From a virus: DNA of 64,000 nt. The stretch covers positions 1 through 64,000 of IMG/VR virus record IMGVR_UViG_3300030737_000007; one strand, given 5' to 3'. Below the pieces are notes generated by a model, which did not search any database, was not told where the DNA came from, and was given only the letters and a program-made list of their open reading frames with translations. The position numbers and the translations under genes are program-made. The first letter of the stretch is position 1, and every line of letters starts with the position of its first letter. Below, piece by piece: positions 58,883-64,000 of this stretch.

Positions 58883-60751
58883 ATGTCTGATGACCTTGAT
58901 GCAATTAAGGGGAACCCCGCGGTAATTCGGGTGTACAACTCAATTCTCAAATTGAGATCTTTGGGCGGGGGAAAGTATCAGGGACTTTGCCCGCTACCAG
59001 GACATAGCGAGAAGTCCCCGTCCTTTACCGTTTACCCCGACATGCGCGCGCACTGCTTCGGATGCAACCAGGATTTCAACATATTTACGCTGTTGCAGGC
59101 CGTCGAGGGTATTGATTTCAAGCAGGCTCTGGAGAAGGTGAAGAAAGAGATTGGCGGGTGGGAAGAGGCCAAGGAGACTACCGAACGGGCTTTCAAGCCG
59201 ATCGCCCCGACCAAAGTGTTTAAGACAATACCGCTCAGTAACTTTCAGAAGCTAGAGGAGGCTTTGGAGTATAGTGTTCCTGCTCGGGAATGGCTACTCA
59301 AGGAGCGTGGCCTAATCTACGAGGCAGTAAAGCGACTCCACGTTGGGTTTGTCCAGTCCATAGGCAATTTGGCTGGACAAGACGGGGCGGACATCGCCGA
59401 TAAGGGTTGGATCGCCTTTCCGTGTATCGAGGGTGACAAGGTAATCTCAATCAAATACCGTTCCATTATTCGGAAAAAGCCGGGTGGATTCGCACGCCAG
59501 CCGGGAATGGCGACCGCTCTCTGGAACTCCGAGACGATCGATGTATTCGAACCTGTCTACCTGACGGAAGGCGAGTTCGACTCCGCCGCGCTAGAGGCTG
59601 CGGGATTCCATGCGGTCAGCGTCCCCTCTGCCGGGGTGAAACTAACCCCAGAGCAGAAGGACCAACTGATGAAGGCGGCGTACGTAGTGCTGTCCGGAGA
59701 CAACGACCCCACTGGCTCGGGGTACATGAAGAAGCTTTGGGGTGAGCTGAATGAGCGGTGCTACCTACTAACATGGCCGGACGGCTGCAAGGATGCGAAC
59801 CAGGCGCTGAAGGAGAACTGCAAGGGTGACATAGATAAGTTCCGCGAAATGGTAGACAGTCTCACGTCTAAAGCGAAATCAACCCCGGTCCCAGATGTCT
59901 ACGCTATTCAGGAAATCATGAAGAATAGCGAGGATACCAGCCTTGCCGACCGGGCTGATCGCCTGCGGTTCCCGTGGTCCAACGTGGATAAGATGACCAT
60001 CCTGTTACCCGGGTCCGTGCTGGGGCTCACCTCGACGAACACGTCTATGGGTAAGACCCCCTTCGCGATCCAAGGAACTTTATTTGGGGCTAGGAAATAT
60101 CAGGAAGTTGTGGTAAACTGGCAGTGCGAATTAAGTCCAGCGGAAATTTCAGTGATCGTAGCGGCACAGGTGCTCCACAAGAACCGTAATTTCCTGGGCA
60201 AAGAAGACTTGAAACAAGCAGCAGAGCAACTCGACGGAGTAGCCTACTACGTCGGTAATAACCCAGTCATCACGAACATCATGGAAGTGCTTGATATCAT
60301 GGAGGCCGCAATACGTCGCTTAGGGGCCACGGTCGCAGTGCTTGATAATCTGCATTTTTATACAACAGGCATCGACGACGAGAACCGAGTCCAGACCGCG
60401 GCGATCAAGAGGATTAAGCAGATAGCAGGGACGTATGGCTGTAAATGGATTGTGGTCGGACAGCCTCGTAAGGCCTCTGCGCAGTCCAAAGGTAAAAAGA
60501 CCCACATTACCGACGCCAAAGGTTCTGGGTCATTCGGCGATACATGCGACAGCTTCATGGCGATCCACCGTGAAGTCGCGAAGCGGGACGGCGATGAAGA
60601 GTTGAGCGATATTTACGAGGACAAGGTATTAGTAGAAATGCTGAAGACGCGATCAAAGGGTACAGGTAAGTCCAGCGGGTTCTTGACCTTTTTTGGAGAG
60701 TTCGCAGAGTTTGTTCAGTTGGATACGCATCACGAGGAGGAACCGGAATAA
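58883..60751 (+). CDS. Primase-helicase (CHC2 zinc finger, TOPRIM, DnaB-like helicase)
   Basis: CP...H.EKSPSF...HCFGC, TEGEFD, DND, KDAN, SMGKT, LDNLH. Confidence 0.9.
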   Translation: MSDDLDAIKGNPAVIRVYNSILKLRSLGGGKYQGLCPLPGHSEKSPSFTVYPDMRAHCFGCNQDFNIFTLLQAVEGIDFKQALEKVKKEIGGWEEAKETTERAFKPIAPTKVFKTIPLSNFQKLEEALEYSVPAREWLLKERGLIYEAVKRLHVGFVQSIGNLAGQDGADIADKGWIAFPCIEGDKVISIKYRSIIRKKPGGFARQPGMATALWNSETIDVFEPVYLTEGEFDSAALEAAGFHAVSVPSAGVKLTPEQKDQLMKAAYVVLSGDNDPTGSGYMKKLWGELNERCYLLTWPDGCKDANQALKENCKGDIDKFREMVDSLTSKAKSTPVPDVYAIQEIMKNSEDTSLADRADRLRFPWSNVDKMTILLPGSVLGLTSTNTSMGKTPFAIQGTLFGARKYQEVVVNWQCELSPAEISVIVAAQVLHKNRNFLGKEDLKQAAEQLDGVAYYVGNNPVITNIMEVLDIMEAAIRRLGATVAVLDNLHFYTTGIDDENRVQTAAIKRIKQIAGTYGCKWIVVGQPRKASAQSKGKKTHITDAKGSGSFGDTCDSFMAIHREVAKRDGDEELSDIYEDKVLVEMLKTRSKGTGKSSGFLTFFGEFAEFVQLDTHHEEEPE

Positions 60752-61060
60752 TGGAAACTATCACTTACGCCCTAACCTGCAAAACAGAAGAAGACACGCA
60801 ACAAGTAGGTCTTCTTATCGACTACCTTTACGAGATGGACCGGCGCGCGGCGATTTTACTCGTCGAGAAATACGGGGTGAAGTCGTGAAAGTAGTCTTCC
60901 TCGCGGTCCCGTTCATTGTGTTTTTCTTCGCCGCTTTCTATTTCGCCAGCGTCCTCCCTTCGGCGTGGTGGTCCTTCCCTGCGTCCTTCCTCTGCGCGAT
61001 ATTTGACTTTTTCTTCTTCATCGCGGCGTTTGGCGAACTGATGTCCAGGATTACCAACCG

Positions 61061-62137
61061 ATGATCATCTCCTCCACAGACCTGAAGCGCGACCTCAAGA
61101 AACTCTCGGGCGTTCGCGCAGAGCAGTACGTCTTCGGCCCCCACGGAGTCTCCGCGCAGGACTCGGACGTGTGGGTCGTGGTCGCCTCCCCGCTATCCGA
61201 ACTCGGGAGTTTCAGTTTGCTCGGTAAGAAACTGACCCAGGTAGCGAACAGGATGTCCGGGCAAGTCGAGATCACCCGCACCGAGCAGTCTCTGGTCCTG
61301 AAGTCAGCCAAGGCGCGAATCGAGCTCGAAGTCAAAGACGCCCGCCCGCAGGCTTTCCCCAAGGCGAATGAGAACGGTCTCACCTTCACGGGTGACGCCG
61401 CGGTCAAGTTCAAAAAGTCGCTGGCCCTGTCCGCCGCCTCAGTAGATTCCCAGAAGTCCAAGTGGTGCGGAGACGTGGTCCACTTCGAGAGCCTGGCAAT
61501 GGGGATCGAGGACGAGTTCGCGCCCGGGTACCGACTGGTCGGAACCGACGAGAAGGTACTAACGGTAGTGTCCGAGCCGGGCGGGAGTTTCCCTCAGTTC
61601 TCGCACCTGCTCAGTCTGGCGGCCTGCGGGTTTGTCCAGATAATGGAAAACTCGATCACGTTCCGCGAAGCGGGCACATGCACCTTGATCCAGTCCCCCG
61701 GCCTTGACGTGTACGCCTCCAAACCCCTCAAGGTGTACCAGCCGATCGAGCGGATTTTAGCCGTCACGCCGGTCCTGAAATTCTATTTCAAACCCGAAGA
61801 GTGGTTGGCCGCATACCGGACAGTAGAGCCTCTGCTGGAAGAAGACGACGGCGCGCGCCCAGTGACTTTACATTTCTCGGACGGCGTGGTACAATTCTCT
61901 ACATCAGGAACAGGAACAAACGGTTTAGACGAGTCAGTTTATGAGCAAGTTGAACCCGACCCTCTATTTGATCCGCAAGAGATTACTTTGGTGGTGAACG
62001 CAGATCACTTGTCCGGGTTTTTGTCTAAGGTGACCGGCGAGGCTACACTAGCGTTCACGGCAATGAACAAGCCATTGAAGTACGAGTCGGGCGGGTTACA
62101 GACTCTGACGTTTCTTAGAAAGGGGAGTAAGAAATAA
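61061..62137 (+). CDS. Sliding clamp (DnaN/beta-like), divergent
   Basis: 358 aa three-domain size, LVGTD motif, N..HL..FL near the C-terminus; clamp loader present. Confidence 0.6.
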   Translation: MIISSTDLKRDLKKLSGVRAEQYVFGPHGVSAQDSDVWVVVASPLSELGSFSLLGKKLTQVANRMSGQVEITRTEQSLVLKSAKARIELEVKDARPQAFPKANENGLTFTGDAAVKFKKSLALSAASVDSQKSKWCGDVVHFESLAMGIEDEFAPGYRLVGTDEKVLTVVSEPGGSFPQFSHLLSLAACGFVQIMENSITFREAGTCTLIQSPGLDVYASKPLKVYQPIERILAVTPVLKFYFKPEEWLAAYRTVEPLLEEDDGARPVTLHFSDGVVQFSTSGTGTNGLDESVYEQVEPDPLFDPQEITLVVNADHLSGFLSKVTGEATLAFTAMNKPLKYESGGLQTLTFLRKGSKK

Positions 62138-63387
62138 TGCCGATTGCCGCGCACAGCGTTTCAGAAATTTTAGGGATCGGAAGCCTTCTAACTCTTGTCG
62201 GAGGAAGTTTATTCGCGTGGGCTAAAGGGCTACCAGTTCAGGTTACTAACTTCGTGTTGAACAAGTTTACGGTTGGGGTTACGATAAGAGATACAGATCC
62301 CTTGTTTCCGAGCGTACTTTTGTTGTCGCAAAAGCAAGAAAATATGAAAAGTTGCCGTCGGCTATTGGTTGAGTCTGAGCAGTTAAATTCAGACGCGTGG
62401 ACTGCGGCTTCCCTTAGTTTGGCCAGAAATACCAAAGGAAGGATACTGTTTACAAGGGCACCCGGTAAACACGTTTTTCGCTACAAAGATCAATGGGTAT
62501 TCTTTACTAGAATCGTAGACGATAAGAAGACGGGGATCGGGCGCAATGTCGAGCAAATTTTCATGAGGACGATCGGAAGAAATAGGTCGTTGTTAGAGGC
62601 CTTGTTCGCAGAAGCTAAATCCGAAGTAGATAAAACTAGATCAAACAGTCTGAATATACGCGTCTCGAACGGGGAAGGTCAGTGGTCGTACATCGCTGGA
62701 TGCGGAAAGAGATCTCTGGATTCTGTGGTTCTTAGGGGCGAATTTCTAGAGAAAATAAAGAGAGATATAGAGGTTTTTATCGCCAATGAAGATTTTTATC
62801 GGTCCACTGGGACTCCCTACCACCGTGGATATCTGCTAGAAGGACCTCCCGGTAGCGGCAAGTCTTCCTTAGTTCAGGCACTAGCTACTCACTTCGACAA
62901 GAGCCTGTTTGTCCTGTGCCTAAATGAAATACACAGTGATGCGAAGTTACGACAATTAGTGGGCGCTGTTCCTGAAGATAGTTTTCTGCTGATCGAAGAT
63001 GTGGACGCTTCTGCTTCTACGGTTTCACGCAAAAAAGATGATAGTTCGGAAGACAACGAAGACAGGATATTCACCAGGGGGCCGTCGTTAGCTGGGTTCT
63101 TGAACGTTTTAGACGGAATTTTTGCCAAGAATAAGTTGCTCGTGTTTATGACGACGAACTACCCAGACCAACTCGACGCGGCCCTCGTCCGCCCAGGAAG
63201 AATTGACATGCGTATTCGGCTTGATAACGCCGTTCCAGAGCAGGCGGCGCGGTTGTATCAAAAATTCTTTCCGACTGCTTCCATCGGAGAAGCAAATGTT
63301 TTTGCAGAACAAACAGAAGGTAATAACGTTTCGATGGCGTCACTTCAAGAACAACTCATCAAAAAAGTTCTCGGAGGTGTAGTGTAG
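62137..63387 (+). CDS. BCS1-like AAA ATPase with N-terminal membrane segment
   Basis: PG.H.F.Y...W....R (BCS1_N-like), R.LDSVVL, G.PY.RGYLL.GPPGSGKSS, IEDVD, LNVLDG, MTTN....LD.ALVRPGRID. Confidence 0.85.
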   Translation: MPIAAHSVSEILGIGSLLTLVGGSLFAWAKGLPVQVTNFVLNKFTVGVTIRDTDPLFPSVLLLSQKQENMKSCRRLLVESEQLNSDAWTAASLSLARNTKGRILFTRAPGKHVFRYKDQWVFFTRIVDDKKTGIGRNVEQIFMRTIGRNRSLLEALFAEAKSEVDKTRSNSLNIRVSNGEGQWSYIAGCGKRSLDSVVLRGEFLEKIKRDIEVFIANEDFYRSTGTPYHRGYLLEGPPGSGKSSLVQALATHFDKSLFVLCLNEIHSDAKLRQLVGAVPEDSFLLIEDVDASASTVSRKKDDSSEDNEDRIFTRGPSLAGFLNVLDGIFAKNKLLVFMTTNYPDQLDAALVRPGRIDMRIRLDNAVPEQAARLYQKFFPTASIGEANVFAEQTEGNNVSMASLQEQLIKKVLGGVV

Positions 63388-64000
63388 TGGCTATACGCGA
63401 AGAAATCGACGACCTCCTAGAGCAGATCAACTCCCACCAGATCCGGCTATCCCACAGCTACGCCCGGCTCGGGGGTATGCTCTCCGAGGTAGAGAAGTCC
63501 AAAGAGTGGGTGAACTGGGGCTTCGAGAGTTTCCCGCGCTACATGGCGTACGTGGGGGAGAAAATTGACCGGCGGAAGTCCCAGATGTACGCGGTGCTGT
63601 CCGTCGCAACCGACCTGCTGCCGTACCTGACCGAAGAGAAACTGGAAGCGATCGGGATCACCAAGGCACACGAGCTCCGGCGGTTTGTGAACACCTCGGG
63701 GCTGCGACCAGACGTGTTGCTACACGGAGGCGATGTCCAGCTAATGGAATTCGCCGCGGACCCCAAGGTAACGGCGGCCCAGCTCAGGGTGGAAGTGAAC
63801 AAACTACTCCACCAGGATGAAGACCCCCAAGGTCTCTGGTACGACCTCAAGGGCTGCTACTTCACGGTAGAAGAGAAGAAGACATGGGAGCGGGCGGTCG
63901 AGCTGGGCAAGCAGATGGCCGAGGTAGCAAGCAGTACCTCGGAACACGGACAACTCAAGGCTGCGCTGCTGCTGATGGCGCAGGAAGTAATTGGAAGCTG
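63387..64000 (+). CDS. Hypothetical protein, partial (runs off the right edge)
   Basis: GTG overlaps the upstream TAG; MAIREEIDDLLEQINSHQIRLSHSYARLG... frame stays open. Confidence 0.6.
   Translation, partial: MAIREEIDDLLEQINSHQIRLSHSYARLGGMLSEVEKSKEWVNWGFESFPRYMAYVGEKIDRRKSQMYAVLSVATDLLPYLTEEKLEAIGITKAHELRRFVNTSGLRPDVLLHGGDVQLMEFAADPKVTAAQLRVEVNKLLHQDEDPQGLWYDLKGCYFTVEEKKTWERAVELGKQMAEVASSTSEHGQLKAALLLMAQEVIGS

Larger units (their letters stand above)
17615..58957. repeat. Dispersed palindrome B, TTCTCAnnnTGAGAA
   Basis: Copies at 17615, 33718, 37342, 42261, 48044 and 58944 (last base differs). Confidence 0.85.
3163..61647. repeat. Dispersed motif A, core TCCRGATAATGGA (consensus TTCCAGATAATGGAA)
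   Basis: Exact cores seen at 3163-, 6127+, 10200+, 10562-, 12269-, 15150+, 17631-, 18477-, 22692+, 24009+, 25648-, 27717-, 31804-, 32305+, 32568-, 33734+, 35668+, 36282+, 37035-, 37987+, 41628+, 42862+, 45663+, 46325+, 50217-, 53958+, 56995-, 58189+, 61635+. Confidence 0.95.

Noticed and set aside
3163-61647. Motifs A and B as Fur boxes
   Set aside because: They contain GATAATG or TGAGAAT but not the 7-1-7 inverted geometry of a Fur box.

Overview
The window is 64 kb of a tailed dsDNA phage genome, probably temperate and podovirus-like. No host genes or att site are visible. The left arm (1-~33,240, minus strand) is the late region: fibre-like proteins, holin-like protein, adaptor, tRNAs, a glycosyltransferase/pyruvyltransferase pair, major capsid, scaffold, portal, large terminase and GH24 lysozyme. 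The right arm (~33,300-64,000, plus strand) holds early and replication genes: tyrosine integrase, PolA, clamp loader, Bet/RecT, SSB, a split UvrD, PD-(D/E)XK nuclease, primase-helicase, beta-clamp-like protein and a BCS1-like AAA ATPase. Main observations: (1) The major capsid gene is absent from the ORF track because it is split into 7 exons by five group I introns plus a 46-nt mini-intron. The mini-intron keeps P1, P10, a P9-like hairpin and the terminal G but has no catalytic core, so it would have to borrow a neighbouring ribozyme's core. This is the best candidate for a new system. (2) One hammerhead and two HDV-like self-cleaving ribozymes punctuate the early operon; two of them bracket a 191-nt piece encoding a small membrane peptide. 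(3) A pseudo-palindrome TTCCRGATAATGGAA has at least 29 exact 13-mer core copies and about 10 near copies, in promoters, stop/start junctions, coding frames and intron stems; a second 15-bp palindrome is paired with it. (4) An array of ~230-bp single-gene cassettes bounded by short direct repeats lies directly behind the integrase. (5) UvrD is split by an endonuclease gene with no intron. (6) A ~460-nt structured non-coding region sits beside the tRNAs. All calls were made by eye, without database searches.
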